A DNA stretch of 64,000 bases from Mobula hypostoma. Its lineage: Eukaryota. Position numbers and translations under genes: made by a program. How positions within the stretch are numbered: position 1 is the first letter of the stretch; every line of letters starts with the position of its first letter. Location of the stretch: contig NC_086097.1 in NCBI RefSeq assembly GCF_963921235.1, positions 219,916,001 to 219,980,000 on the forward strand, written 5' to 3'. This document shows, in pieces, positions 13,090-26,720 of the stretch. The notes beneath the pieces were generated by a model. That model saw only the letters and a list, made by a program, of their open reading frames with translations. It was not told the origin of the DNA and made no database searches.

Positions 13090-15418
13090 AGATTGAAAGT
13101 GGATTGGGAAAACCAGGTCAGTACTGTACCACGAGAGAGAGAATTTGTAGAATGTCTAAGGGCTGGCTTTTTAGAACAACTTGTTGTTGAGCCAACTAGG
13201 GGATCAGCTGTGCTGGATTGGGTGTTGTGCAATGATCAGGAGGTTATAAGAGAGCTTAAGGTTAAGGAATCCTTAGGGAGCAGTGATCACAATATGATAG
13301 AGTTCACTTTGAAATTTGAGAAGGAGAAATACAATGGCATGAAGGGGGAACTGGCCAAGATTGACTGGAAAGAGACACTAGCAGGAAGAACAGCAGAGCA
13401 ACAATGGCTGGAGTTTCTGTGAAAAATGAGGGAAGTGCAAAACAGATATATTCCAAATGAGAAGAAATTTTCAAATGTAAGAAGGACACTACCGTGGCTG
13501 ACAAGTGAAGTCAGAGCCAAAGTAAAAGCAAAAGAGAGGGCATACAAGATAGAGGATTAGGAAGGAAAAGATGAATTATGAAAGGAAATTGGCAACTAAT
13601 ATCTAAGAAGATACTAAAAGCTTTCTTAAGTATGTAAAGGGTAAAAGAGAGTTGAGGGTACATATAGGACCAATAGAAAATGACACTGGAGATATTGTAA
13701 CAAGAGACGCAGAGATGGCAAAGGAACTGAATGCATATTTTGCATCAGTCTTCACAATGGAAGACATCTGCAGTATACCGGACCTTCAGAGTGTCAGGGA
13801 AGTGCAGTAAGTGCAGTGAAAATTACAACTGAGAAGGTGCTCAGGAAGCTTAATGGTCTGAGGGTGGATAAATCTCCTGGAAATAATGGAATGCACCCTC
13901 AGGTTCTGAAGGAAGTAGCTGGAGAGATTGCAGAGGCATTAACAATGATTTTTCAAGAATCGATAGATTCTGGCATTGTACCAGATTACTGGAAAATTGC
14001 AAATGTTACTCCGCTATTTAAGAAGGGTGGGAGACAGCAGAAAGGAAGCTATAGACCTGTTAGCCTGACATCAGTGGTTGGGAAGTTGTTGGAATCTATT
14101 GTTAGGGATGAGATTACGGAGTACCTGGAGGCACATGACAAGATAGGCCAAAGCCAGCTTGGTTTCCTGAAAGGAAAATCCTGCCTGACTAACCTACTGC
14201 AATTTTTTGAGGAAATTACAAGCGGCGTAGACAAAGGAGATGCAGTAGATGTGGCGTACTTGGATTTTCAGAAGGCCTTTTACATGGTGCCGCACATGAG
14301 GCTGCTTAGCAAAATAAGATCCCATGGAATTACAGGGGTGTAACTAGCATGGGTGGTGCATTGGCTGATCAGCAGGAAACAGTCAGTGGGAATAAAGAGA
14401 TCCTATTCTGGCTGGCTGCCGGTTACAATGGGAGTTCCACAAGGGTTAGTGTTGGGATTGCTACTTTTTACGATGTATGTCAATGATTTAGACTATGGGA
14501 TTAATGTAGCTAAATTTGCCGATGATACAAAGATAGGCAGAGGAGCGGGTAGTGTTGAGGAAACAGACAGCCTGTAGAGAGACTTAGATAGTTTAGGGGA
14601 ATGGGCAAAGTGGCAAATGAAATACAATGTTGGAAAGCATATGGTCATGCACTTTGGTGGAAGAAGTAAACACGCAGACTATTATTTAGATGGGGAGAGA
14701 ATTCAAAATGCAGAGATGCAAAGGGACTTGGGAGTCCTTGTGCATGATACCCTAAAGGTTAACCTCCAGATTGTCGGTGGTGAAGAAGGCGAACGCAATG
14801 TTGGCATTCATTTCTAGAGGTATAGAATAAAAGAGCAGGGATGTGATGTTGAGGTTCTATAAGGCACTTGTGAGATCACACTCCTTGTATTGTGTGCAGT
14901 TTAGGGCTCCTTATTTTAGAAAGGATATACTGACACTGGAGGGGGTTCAGAGGAGATTTACAAGAATGTTTCCAGGAATGAAAGGGTTACCATATGAGGA
15001 AAGTCTGGCAGTTCTTGGGCTGTATTCCCTGGAGTTCAGGATAATGAGAGGGATCTCATAGAAACATTCCGACTGTTAAAAGGCCTGAACAAATTAGATA
15101 TGGCAAAGTAACTTTCCATGGTAGGGGAGGCCAGGACAAGAGGGGATGACTTTAAGATTGAAGGACGTCCATTTAGAACAGAGATGCGGAGAAATTACTT
15201 TAGTCAGAGGGTGGTAAATCTGTGGAATTTGTTGCCACGAGCAGCTGTGGAGGCCAAGTCATTATAGGTTTTTGATTGGCCAGGGCACCAGAGGGTATGG
15301 GGAGAAGGCAGAGGAGTGGGGAAGACTGAAAGAATTGGATCAACCCATGATTGAATGGTGGAGCAGACTCAATGAGTCTCGAATGGCCTACTTCTGCTCC
15401 TATATCTCATGGCCTTAT
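13090..15418 (+). mobile_element. Degenerate CR1-type LINE ORF2 (endonuclease C-terminal part, RT, 3' end)
   Basis: PTRGSAVLDWVL, LGSSDHNMIEF, YRPVSLTSVVGKLLE, YLDFQKAF, KFADDTK motifs with stops and frameshifts. Confidence 0.92.
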
Positions 15419-16176
15419 AGCAGCGAAGCTTGTTCAGTTTGTTTCAAAGATCCATCAAAGCATGGTTTCCATGTGCAGGGAAAACAGAGAATATTGGAAA
15501 TACTCAGGGGTTCGTACAGTAGCTGTGGAGAGAGTGTTAATGTTTTGAGGAGAGGACCTTTTATCAGAAAGTTCTGATGGAAAGTCATTAACCTGAAACA
15601 TTAACCGTATCCTCTGCAGTTTCTTAATGAAGCTTAGAGTACAAGGAATGCACCAAAGTATTTCTAACCCTTCAGGTGCCATCTGATGGGCCAACTATTA
15701 CTTGATACCATCAATGATGCCAATCAGAAATAAGGTTCTCAGAAAGAAAAAATATTCTTTAGTTTTGTTTGCTTTAGGGCCAGGGGAACCAGAGTGCTTC
15801 TCTCCATAAGTAAGTCTTGTTACACCCTTACCCAATGCTATCCTCACCATCCCTTCTTCCATCATTCAGCCAATCTCACCACCGTCCCACCTCAGCATCA
15901 CCAGATCTCCTAATACTGATAGCTACCTTCATCTGGGAAAAGACAATTCCTCACTCGTCAGCCACCTGGTTACTCTGGTGTAAAATCCCTACTGCAGCAA
16001 AGTAAATGTGGGGCTCCTTCCTCATATTTCCTGCGAAAGCAACAAAATCAAAAGAAATTTCAAAAGCAAGATTGTGCATATTGCTCACGATGCCGTCTGG
16101 TGAAGAGGTGGGAACCTCGCTGAAACCTCAAGTTGTCTCACACTTCCATTCATACTCCATTTCTCAATCTCTGCAG

Positions 16177-16349
16177 GGAAGTGGCTCAGGAGGTGGACAG
16201 TAAGCTCCAGTTGTTCAAGGAAAATCGGAGGAAGAAGAAAGACCGTAAGATAAAGAAGCGGCTGAGGAAGGGGGATAGTTGCAGCCTGCCTGGCCTCACC
16301 TGCTTCACACACAATAATGAGCACTGGCAGACCCCGCCATACTGGAACT
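16177..16349 (+). CDS. SULF1: SULF1 exon: [24 protein letters not shown]...[23 protein letters not shown]
   Basis: AG at 16175-16176, GTAAGT at 16350, 173 nt, phase 2/1. [13 protein letters not shown] is diagnostic of SULF1 rather than SULF2. Confidence 0.97.
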
Positions 16350-17559
16350 GTAAGTAGAGTTTGTTTCTGTGGGTTACATCATAAGCATCTGAGTTATGGC
16401 TAAATAGTACCAGTCTGTTATTGCCCTGAGGCACCACTTTCTCACTTAGAACAGTGGAGCACAGGAACATTAGTTTAAGCCCACAATATTGTACTGATCT
16501 AATTAAACCAATAATTAAAATCCTACTAAACTAGTCCTTCTATCTGCACAAGCCCATATCCTTCCATTCTCTGCATATTCCTATACCTATCAAAGAGTGT
16601 AAGCGTCTCTATCATACCTAACTTCATTACCACCTCTCATTCTGTACCCACCAGTAAGTTCTGTAGCAATATACTATATATCTAAAATAGATACTTATTT
16701 ATTTTGGCTTTTATATCTAAATGTCATCTTCCCTGCATTAATCATCGCAGAAGTTATCATCATGGTTTCATTAAAACTGTTGCAGAGATGACTGGTTTTT
16801 AAAGCCACTTTAGTACCAGCTTTAAATAATGAAATACAAACAGAAACATTTTATATGGCTGCAGGTACTGGGATAAACATGAAATAGATTTTTTTTTTGT
16901 GAATCAACATAACTGTTTTTGTAGATTCAGATGTTCATTAATCCCACTGAATTACAAGATAATCGCTTAACACAACTTTCCTTGGTTCTACAGAGGGGGC
17001 ATTAAAATTTATAGCAAAAATTGTGGCCAAACAGTTCACCATGCCTCTGCAACATTTTGCTACAGCAATTCAAAACTACCTTAGAACCTTCCCTTTGCCA
17101 AAATATATACTGGCTTCTCATACTTCTCTACACTTCCCTTAAAGCCATCATGGTTTGATGGCAAATCCCATCAAATATTTATCAAATACAAATTTTGTAT
17201 TTATTAGCACAATGAAAGTCATCTTATGCAGCACTTTAGAATTTAAAACCTGACTCTGAACTAATACCATAGAAAATTTAAGCCAGATGAACAGATGTGT
17301 GCTCAGAGCTCTGAGGCTTCCTAGTTAAAAAGAGAAAGGATGGAAGATGAAGACATTTGTGAAATGGGATTTCCAAGCTTTGTCAGCTAAAGGCATGGTC
17401 TTCAGTGGTAAAGCGATGAGCATCAACCATGCTCACAGAGGTCAGAATTGGAAGGAGGTTGAAGAAGATTACAGAGAAAGGGGAAGTCCAAAGGACTTCT
17501 ATTGACAGCAGAGGTGAAATTTTAAAGTTGTAGCTTTGCCTAACCAATTGAAGCTTTGA

Positions 17560-17760
17560 TGATTACTTTACTTTATACTTTATTGTCGCCAAACAATTGA
17601 TACTAGAACGTACAATGATCACAGCGATATTTGATTCTGCGCTTCCCACTCCCTGGATTACAAATCGATAGTAAATTTTAAAATTTTAAATTATAAATCA
17701 TAAATAGAAAATAGAAAAATGGAAAGTAAGGTAGTGCAAAAAAAACCGAGAGACAGGTTA
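17560..17760 (-). mobile_element. Non-LTR retrotransposon 3' tail remnant
   Basis: Starts with (TTTAC)n plus TTTATTGTC, i.e. a minus-strand AATAAA and short-repeat tail. Similar remnants at ~2765-2850, ~32340-32740 and ~52140-52250. Confidence 0.4.
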
Positions 17761-17987
17761 CCCACTATTACCCACTATTCTTCTTCTTGACTGCAAACTC
17801 CTTCCATAATCAACAATCAATAAGATCTCCCTGCCATTATGGAGGTAGCAAAGGGGACAACAAAACTTTCGCTGTCATGATCCTCTCTATGGTGGAGCTT
17901 GTATCTCACCACCTGACTAATATCTCTCTGCTGCTGCCACAAGACTGGCTGCTGGCAATTTCAACTATCGTCTATCATCATAGTCAT

Positions 17988-19051
17988 TGAAAAAAAAGAG
18001 CATTGAGCCCATCTATGCTGAAACATTTAAACTGCCTACTCTCATTGTCCTGCACCCAGAACAAAGCCCTACCATAAGTATACCTATCCAAACTTGTCTT
18101 CAACATTGAAATCAAATTTGCATGCACCATTTGTGCTGGCAGCTCATTCCATACTCTCAGCACCCTCTGAGTGAAGAAGTTTTCCCTCGTGTTCCCCTAA
18201 AACTTTTCACCTTTCACCCTTAACCCATGACCTCTAGTTGTAGTCTCACCCAATCTCAGTGGAAAAAGTCTGCTTACATTTACCCTAACTGTACCAATCA
18301 TAATTTTGTATACCTCTATCAACTCTCCCCTCAACCATCCACGTTCCAAGGAATAAAGTCCTATCCTATTCAATCTTTCCTTATAACCCAGGTCCTCCAG
18401 ATCTGGCAACATCCTTATAAATTTTCTCTGTACTCTTTCAACCTTATTTACATCTTTCCTGTAGGTGGGTGAGCAAAGATGCACACAATACTCCAAATTA
18501 GGCCTCACCAATGTCTTAGAGAACCTCAACATAACTTCCCATCTCCCGTACTCAGTATATTGATTTATGAAGGCCAAAGTAGCAAAAGCTTTTTTCACGA
18601 CCCTATCTACCTGCACCACCATTTTCAATGAATTATGGACCTGTATTTCCAAATCCCTTTGTTCTAGCATACTCCTCAGTGCCCTACCATTCACTGTGTA
18701 AGACCTACCAAAGCACAACACCTCTCACACCTCTGCATTGATTTCCACCTGGCATTTTTCAGCCCATTTTTCTAGCTGTAAGCCATGATAGCCTTCCTCG
18801 CTGTCCACTATACCCCCAATCATGTTGTCATCAGCAAGTTTGCTATTACAGTTAACCACATTATCATCTAGATTGTTGATATAAATGACAAACAACAACA
18901 GACTCAGCACCGATCCTTGCGGCACACCACTAAGCACAAACCTCCAGTCAGAGAGGCAACCATCTATTACCACTCTCTGGCTTCTCCCACAAAACCGATA
19001 TCTAATCCAATTTACAAACTCATCTTGAATGCTGAGTGATTGAATCTTCTT
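17988..19051 (-). mobile_element. CR1-type LINE, 3' portion (host of the L1 insertion)
   Basis: SGVPQGSVL, LVRPNLEYC, LERGWLRGELIEVYK on the minus strand. Continues at 24937-25205. Confidence 0.9.
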
Positions 19052-19205
19052 GGGGACTTCCGGTAGAGCTCATGGAGTGAAGTCGTGTTCTTGACTCGAT
19101 CCATTACCTCTGAGTTTTTTTTCCTATGATCAGCTATATTTAACTAACCATTAAGGCATCGACGTTTACAAGAATCTGAAACAAATTGGGCTTTTTGATA
19201 TTCGG

Positions 19206-20069
19206 ATGCTTTTAAGGTCTGCTATGTCCAAGAACGAAAAAAATGGGAAAGACGGCAAACCTCCGGTTAGACCGAAAGGTACCGATCTCCCTCCGACTGA
19301 ACCACCGTTGACTCTGAAAGCTATATCGGATCTAATTCAAAGGGAAATTTCTACTTCTATAACGGAGCTGATTCGTGCGGAAATTTCAATTAATTTCCAG
19401 AAAATTGCCGATTCAATCGATAAAATGCAAACATCTATCACGGAACATCAGTCGGCTATATTTAATCTTCAAAAATCCACGCAACAAAATGAACTCAAGA
19501 TGGAGAAAATTGAAGAAACAATTACTACAATGAAGAAAAAACTGGACTTTCTGACTTTTAAAAACTCTGACTTAGAATCCAGAATGCGACAGCAGAATAT
19601 TCAAATTATTCGTGTTCGTGAAGCTGTTGAATCTGACAACCCTATAAAGTTTTTTTCTCAACTTTTAAAAGATGCATTTCCTACCATATTTCCTGACCAA
19701 CCACCGTTATTGGATCGGGCTCACAGAGTTCCATCGTATTCATCTAAGTCAGACAAACCTCGGCATGTCATTTTACGTTTTCATTACTTTCAAGACAAGG
19801 AGAAACTGCTTCGATTTGTTCGATCTAAAGGTTACATTGATTTTTTGGATCTTCAGTTCCGATTCGTGGAGGACTTCAGCAAACAGATTCGGGATCAACG
19901 GGTTCGTTACAGATCTGTGATGTCAGAACTCTACAAGATGGATTTAAAACCAGCGCTGCTTTACCCAGCACGTTTAAGGATTCGCACGCCTGACAGGGTT
20001 CTCCGTTTTTTTGAATCTCCATCGGATGCCCAGAGTTATCTGGATCAATTTTCACCTTCAACATCTTAA
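19206..20069 (+). CDS. L1 ORF1p (coiled coil, RRM, CTD), intact 287 aa
   Basis: Heptad-rich N-terminal half, DLESRMRQQNIQI, LDRAHR, PRHVILRFHYFQDKE, LLYPARLRI motifs typical of L1 ORF1p. Confidence 0.9.
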   Translation: MLLRSAMSKNEKNGKDGKPPVRPKGTDLPPTEPPLTLKAISDLIQREISTSITELIRAEISINFQKIADSIDKMQTSITEHQSAIFNLQKSTQQNELKMEKIEETITTMKKKLDFLTFKNSDLESRMRQQNIQIIRVREAVESDNPIKFFSQLLKDAFPTIFPDQPPLLDRAHRVPSYSSKSDKPRHVILRFHYFQDKEKLLRFVRSKGYIDFLDLQFRFVEDFSKQIRDQRVRYRSVMSELYKMDLKPALLYPARLRIRTPDRVLRFFESPSDAQSYLDQFSPSTS

Positions 20070-20781
20070 TCGTAATTTTTAATTATCTCCGTTTGATCGG
20101 AGGTTGTGGATCTGTCGGGTTTAATTTTTGTTTACTTTATATGGGCAGAAAAGTTTATTTTTGATTAATTAATATGGTTGCCAAACTTTCTTTCTAACTG
20201 CGTCATTCCTTTCTTTTTCCCTGGGGATTATGGGTGGTCATTCCCTCAGCGTCATTTCGCGTATTTCCTTTGAGGCCTTAAATTTCGTAGTCTTTAAATG
20301 TACTTTTTTTTTGTAGGTTTTCCTAACTAGTTTATATTAATAATTTTGTTTCTTTTTTTTTGGTTAATCATAGGGTCTGTGGTCTGTTACAGTTTTCTTT
20401 ATATTTTCTGGCTTTTTCTCTGTTTTATATCGTGTTTGTCTTAATTGATCTACTTTTTTTATTCTTCTACTGTTTTATAACTAGCTGATCTTTTTTATAT
20501 TTACACTTTTTTTTAGTGAGCGTCTATCGGAAGTCATGGGGATAGTTTTAGTGCTTGCTTCTTTCTGGCGGGTCTGCTTTAGAATTAGCCTTGGGGTCAT
20601 GGGGTGGGGGGGTGGTGGGAGGGGCTTCACGTTTTAGCTTTTTTCTTCTTGGGCTATTTACATTACTGAAGCATTGGTTGCGTTCTCCTTCCCGTTATCT
20701 CTGGTTTGTTCTGTTCCCTTTTCCGGTTCATGGGTCGAACCTATCGTCAATCCTCTTTTTTGCGGGTTGACTTTAGGGTTT

Positions 20782-23700
20782 ATGGAGTCTATTATTAATT
20801 TTGTCTCCTGGAATACTAATGGTCTTAATCATCCTATTAAAAGGAAAAAAGTTTTTAAAGTATTCCGGAGACTTAAAGCACATGTTCTATTTTTACAAGA
20901 GACCCATGTGCGGAGGGGGGGGACAGACTACGTTTTTTTAAATTCTGAAAGGATCAACAGTTTCATTCGAACTCTAACGCTAATATTCGAGGCGTCTCTA
21001 TTTTTATAGACTCCTCAGTTACTTTTGTACAACGTGATATTATCTCTGATCCGAATGGTAGATTTCTACTGGTTAGTGGTCTACTATTTAATAAAAAGGT
21101 AGTTTTGGTTAACGTTTATGCTCCCAATATGGACTGTCCGGAATTTTATAAATCATCATTTAATCGGTTCCCGAATTTGAATGAGTTTTCATTGATCTGG
21201 GGCGGAGATCTTAATACTTGTTTATCTCCAGTTTTGGACCGTTCGGCTCCTCTACGGACCCTACCTAATAAATCTGCAACTTTGATTAACTCATTCCTCT
21301 CTGATTCTGGGTCGACGGACATTTGGCGTTTTTTACATCCTCAGGAAAAAGATTTTTCTTTTTTTTTCACATGTTCACCATTCCTATTCAAGAATTGATT
21401 ATTTCTTTATTGACTCTTGGCTTATCTCTTCAGTGATTAAATGTGATTATGACTCTATAACCATTTCGGATCATGCGCCACTTAAGCTTTCTATTAAAAT
21501 TCAGGTCAATACACAAAATAATAGACAATGGCGTTTTAATTCGCTGTTGCTTCAGGACTCGGATTTTGTTAACTTTATGAATGAACAGATTGATCTTTTT
21601 TTTACAATCAACTACACAGAGGATATTTCTGTGAACACTCTTTGGGATACTTTTAAAGTTTATATTCGTGGTCAGATTATCTCGTATTCTGCTGCTTTGG
21701 GGAAGAAGCTGAAGCAGGAGGAGCTGCTAATTGTGGACAAGATTAAGGAAATTGGTAAGAAATATGTTACAGCTCCCTCTGAGGAGTTGTATAAACAAAG
21801 AACTGAACTTCAAATGGAACACAGTTTATTACTTTCGTCCTCGATTGTAAACCAATTAAAGAAAACAAGTGAATTTTATGTACACAGTGACAAAGTTGGT
21901 AAACTGTTGGCTAACCAACTGAAGTCTAATTATACTAAATCTCAAATTAATCAGATTTATAATCAAAATGATCGACTGATATTTGATCATGCGGAGATTA
22001 ATCAAACCTTCTTTGATTTTTATTCTTCCTTATATCAATCTGAGTCTTTACGAGACTCTAAATATATGAATGACTTTTTAGATAACCTAGATTTCCCTGA
22101 GATTTCACAGGATATGTCTTCTATGCTAGATACTCCCATTACCACTGATGAGATTAAGAATGTTATTTCCTCTATGAACCTGGGGAAAGCTCCTGGCCCT
22201 GATGGGTTTACCGCGGAATTTTATAAGTTTTTTGCACCTTCATTAATCCCTTGGTTCTGTAGGGTTTTGGAGGCTTCATTAAAAGTTGGTAAACTTCCCG
22301 AATCCTTCTATACAGCGTCAATCTCTCTAATATTAAAGAAGGATAAAGATCCTGCTCAATGTGCATCTTATAGACCAATATCTTTATTAAATGTTGATTC
22401 TAAAATTTTTTCTAAATTATTAGCAAACAGATTAGAAAAAGTACTCCCTTTTATTATTTCGGAAGACCAAACGGGTTTTATTAAAGGTCGTTACTCTTTC
22501 TATAACATTTGCACACTGTTAAATATTGTTTATACCCCCTCACAAAATGTTCCTGAGTGTGTTATCTCTTTAGATGCTGAAAAAGCTTTTGATAGAGTAG
22601 AATGGCCTTACTTATTTAAGGTGCTTGAACTGTTTAAGTTTAGCTCGAAATTTATATCCTGGATCAAACTGTTATATCATTCTCCTATGGCCTCGGTCCG
22701 TACTAACTCTTTAAGCTCACCTTTTTTCCCTCTTTTTCGAGGTACTGGACAAGGTTGTCCTCTTAGTCCTTTATTATTTGATATTGCATTAGAACCTCTT
22801 GCAATTGCCATTCGAGTATCTCCAAATATTATTGGGATAACTCGGGGCTTAAAGTCCCATAAAATATCACTCTATGCTGATGACTTACTTTTATATATTT
22901 CTAATCCTCAAAAATCTATCCCTGCTGCTTTAGATTTATTAGCACAATTTAGTCTTTTTTCAGGTTATAAATTAAATCTTAGTAAGAGTGAACTTTTTCC
23001 GATTAATAAACAACTTCCCTTGTATCATAACTTTCCGTTTAAATTGATTAATAATTATTTCTCATATCTTGGGATTAAAATTACTTGTAAACACAAAGAT
23101 TTATTTAAGACTAATTTTTTACCCTTAATTGATCATATTACTCAACTTTCATCTAAATGGTTTCCATTATATTTAACTTTGATTGGTCATATTAATGCAG
23201 TTAAGATGTTTATTCTTCCAAAATTTTTATATATATTTCAGGCATTACCGATTTTTGTTCCAAAATCTTTTTTTGATAAAGTTGACTCTAAAATTTCTTC
23301 ATTTATTTGGCAAAATAAAAACCCGAGACTGGGTAAAATACATTTACAGAAAGCTAAGAGAGATGGAAGTCTAGCATTACTTAACTTTAGATTTTATTAT
23401 TGGGCAATTAATATTCGACATATGAAATTTTGGTTACTTAACCAACATACACTATCCATTCCTAAATGGGCAGTATTGGAATTATAATCTGCTCAGGGCT
23501 ATGCACTTGGCTCTATTTTAGGTTCCTCTCTTCCTTTCGATTTGAAACGCCTCAAACTGGTCTCTAACCCGATAGTTAAATATACCTTACGTATTTGGTT
23601 TCAATTCAGAAAATTTTTCGATCTTAACCAATTTGGGCTAGTGATCCCTATTTTAGGTAACATTTTTTTCTCCCTCTTTCACGGATCTTGCGTTTCAAAT

Positions 23701-24556
23701 TTGGAAGACTAAGGGTATCTCACGGTTTTTGGATTTATTTTTAGATGGTTCCCGTATGTCTTTTGAACAATTATCTAATAAATATAATTTACCAAGAATA
23801 CATTTTTTTAGATATCTACAAGTTAGAAATTTCCTAACTACTATACTTTCTTCCATTCCAATGCTCCCTCCTACATATATTTTAGATACTATAATTAACT
23901 TTAATCCATGTCAGAAAGGTGCAACGGCTATTATTTATAATATTATTATGAAACTTAGGAAAGCTCCATTTGATAAGATTAGGTCAGATTGGGAACAAGA
24001 ATTGGGTTCTATTATTTCCGTGGATGACTGGGGGCAGATTTTACAATTAGTCAATACTTCCTCTATCTGTGCTAAACATTCCCTAATTCAATTTAAAGTT
24101 GTTCATCGAGCACATATGTCCAAAGATAAATTAGCTCGTTTTTATTCTCATATTAATCCTTTTTGTGATAGATGTCCAGGGCAGATAGCCTCTTTAACTC
24201 ATTTGTTCTGGTCTTGTCCTACTCTGGAAACTTTTTGGAGAGACATTTTTAATATTATCTCAAAGGTATTGAATATAGATATCTCTCCTCATCCTATTAC
24301 TGCTATCTTTGGATTACCTAAAATTTCCAGTAATCTTTCCCCTTCAGCCCGTAGAATGATTGCATTTCTTACTTCAATGGCGAAAAGATGTATCTTACAA
24401 CATTGGAAAGAGCCTAATGCTCCAACTACCTTTTTTTGGTTTTCCCAGACGATATTATGCTTAAATTTGGAGAAAGTTAGAAGTAATCTTTACGATTCCT
24501 CACTTAAATTTGAACAGACCTGGAGATCTTTTATTCAATATTTTCATTTAGTGTAA
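20782..24556 (+). pseudogene. L1 ORF2 (APE endonuclease, RT, C-terminal Cys/His domain), disrupted
   Basis: SWNTNGLN, LQETH, NVYAPN, GGDLN, SDHAP, GKAPGPDG, YRPISLLN, LDAEKAFDRV, QGCPLSP, LYADD, CDRC..HLFWSC. Three frameshifts and one TAA at 23485-23487. Confidence 0.92.
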
Positions 24557-24936
24557 TTTTTTTTCTCTTTTGTTCCATATTTATATTCCCTTCTTGCTTT
24601 TTTTTTAACTGTTTTTAATGGAGGTCGGGTTTGAGGACGTGATTCTAAGTTCGTTAACTCTACCTGTTTCCAAGTTAGTCCATTGCTTTGCTTTGCTTTT
24701 AGTTTAGTTGCACGGTGGGTTTTTTTGGGGTTTTTTTTCCTTTTCTCTATTGATATATATATATTTAAAAATCAGTATACTATTATTTTACCTTATTATT
24801 TTATGATTAAATTGCACTGTTTGTATCAATTTTTTTTTCTGTATTAATATCTCCTGTAATTTTTAACAGTGTATTAGTGCCTTTATGGTTTACCTTTTGT
24901 ATACTTATTCAATAAAAAGATTTAAAAAGAAAGAAA

Positions 24937-25205
24937 GAATCTTCTTAACAACCTCCCATGCAGAACTTTGTCAAATGCCTTGCTGCGGTCCACATAGACA
25001 ATATCCACTGGCTTGCCTTCATCAACTTTTCTAGTAACCTCCTCGAAAAAGATTGGTTAGACACAGCCTACCATTCACGAAGCCATGCTGACTGTCCCTA
25101 ATCAGCCCATGTCTATCCAAATACTTATACAAACGTACATCTCGTCTCTTAGAATACCTTCCAATAACTTTCCCACTACTGATGTAAGGCTCACCTGTCC
25201 TATAC
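24937..25205 (-). mobile_element. CR1-type LINE, 5' continuation of 17988-19051
   Basis: LIRDSQHGFVNGRLCLTNL. Joins the left flank seamlessly once the L1 and one TSD copy are removed. Confidence 0.85.
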
Positions 25206-26052
25206 CGAATGGAGCGTTCTTCGTCAGAAGTCACCTTGCATATGTTGTGGACTATATGCAACTTGCATTCTCCAATTAAGTTCAATATGACAGTTGTATA
25301 AAAAAATGCCAGAATCATACACTTCAGTGGTCAAATATGCACTTTAGAAAAAATGTTTATGTATTTCTCTGTTCCAGGATTTCTAAGAAACTGCCAGGGC
25401 AGGATGTCTCTGGGTGTATATGGACATAAACATTCCTCATTTCTATTTATTTCAATGGAATTGAATTTCCAAAGCAGAGTTTAACGTGTACAAAGAACAA
25501 AGAACTCAATTCTGCTGCTGTAGACCTTTGTAAATGAGCAAAAATTGTTTGTGCAAACTTCTTCATGGTTCTTTTATTTCAGCCCTTTGCTGGTTAGACG
25601 AGGTGACCCTTTTGAGTCAGATGTGCTCAACTAGTCAACTTAATTCATTGAAATTGATTAATTTAATTCCTTAATTGCTAATTAAAATATTTCATTTTGG
25701 TTATTCAAATAAAACAGGACCAAAATAAAAAGTGTGTGCATTAATGAAATTACACATCCATCGCTGGTTTTCATTTTGATTGTGAAATTGTTTGTCTGTA
25801 CACAGCAGGAGAATTCTCCTTTGAACTTGCTAGAAATAATCTGCAACTCAGTAGGGAGCAAAAAACAGGTGGCAGTGGTTCAAGCACTTACTAAATACTT
25901 CGCCTTCAAAGGAAAGGAAAAGGATACATGGACTGGGTATAAGATAATTACCCCTATCATCTACCTTTTGCACCCATTAATTGGATTGCATTCAGAAACA
26001 TTGTCTTTCTGTTGACATTAACCTGAAAAAAAGCTTTTCCTTTTTATTACAG

Positions 26053-26195
26053 TAGGATCTTTCTGCGCATGTACAAGTTCCAACAATAACACATATTGGT
26101 GTCTACGAACCATCAACGAGACTCACAACATCCTTTTCTGTGAATTTGCCACTGGCTTTCTTGAGTATTTTGACATGAACAACGATCCATATCAA
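26053..26195 (+). CDS. SULF1: SULF1 exon: (L)[47 protein letters not shown]
   Basis: AG at 26051-26052, GTAAGG at 26196, 143 nt, phase 1/0. Missed by the ORF track. Confidence 0.97.
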
Positions 26196-26720
26196 GTAAG
26201 GAGATTTTGTGCTTTGTTATCAGCAATCAAAACTACATTCATCCCAAGATGATGGAAGCCTTTGCTTGTGTTTATCTACTGTTGAAACCTAGATTTAAAG
26301 TTCTGATTGTTCCATTGCATTAAAAGAAGACATGGGGCTGTGGCGACATTTGCAGCCACTATACATCTTAGCAACAAACCTGCCCAAAGACTTAGATGCT
26401 GTCTAAGCACAGTTCAGAATACATTGTGTGCAGTGGAAAGAGATACGGAAGGGGGTGGTTAAGGGCAGGAAACTCTGATCTACAAGAATTCAGGCCTGAA
26501 ATATGTTGGGTGGACTTGGGTAGAAAATAGCTGAAGAGCTAGTAGGTGCAGAACTTTCTGCAGCTTAAAAGGGTAAATGCAACACTGCAAGAGAAGGAGG
26601 TTTAACAAGCACTAGAAAAAGACCGAAGTGGTGCATTTTTAAGCATGAATCATATTCACGTGCGTGCTTGCTTAAATTACGATTTGACTGATAGGTTGGT
26701 CATGTGCTATGCAAACTTTG

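Larger units (their letters stand above)
19052..24936 (+). mobile_element. Near full-length L1-clade LINE
   Basis: 5' GGGGACTTCCGG, ORF1, ~710-nt T-rich spacer, ORF2, AATAAA at 24911, (AAAG)n tail. 10-bp TSD GAATCTTCTT at 19042-19051 and 24937-24946. Confidence 0.95.
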
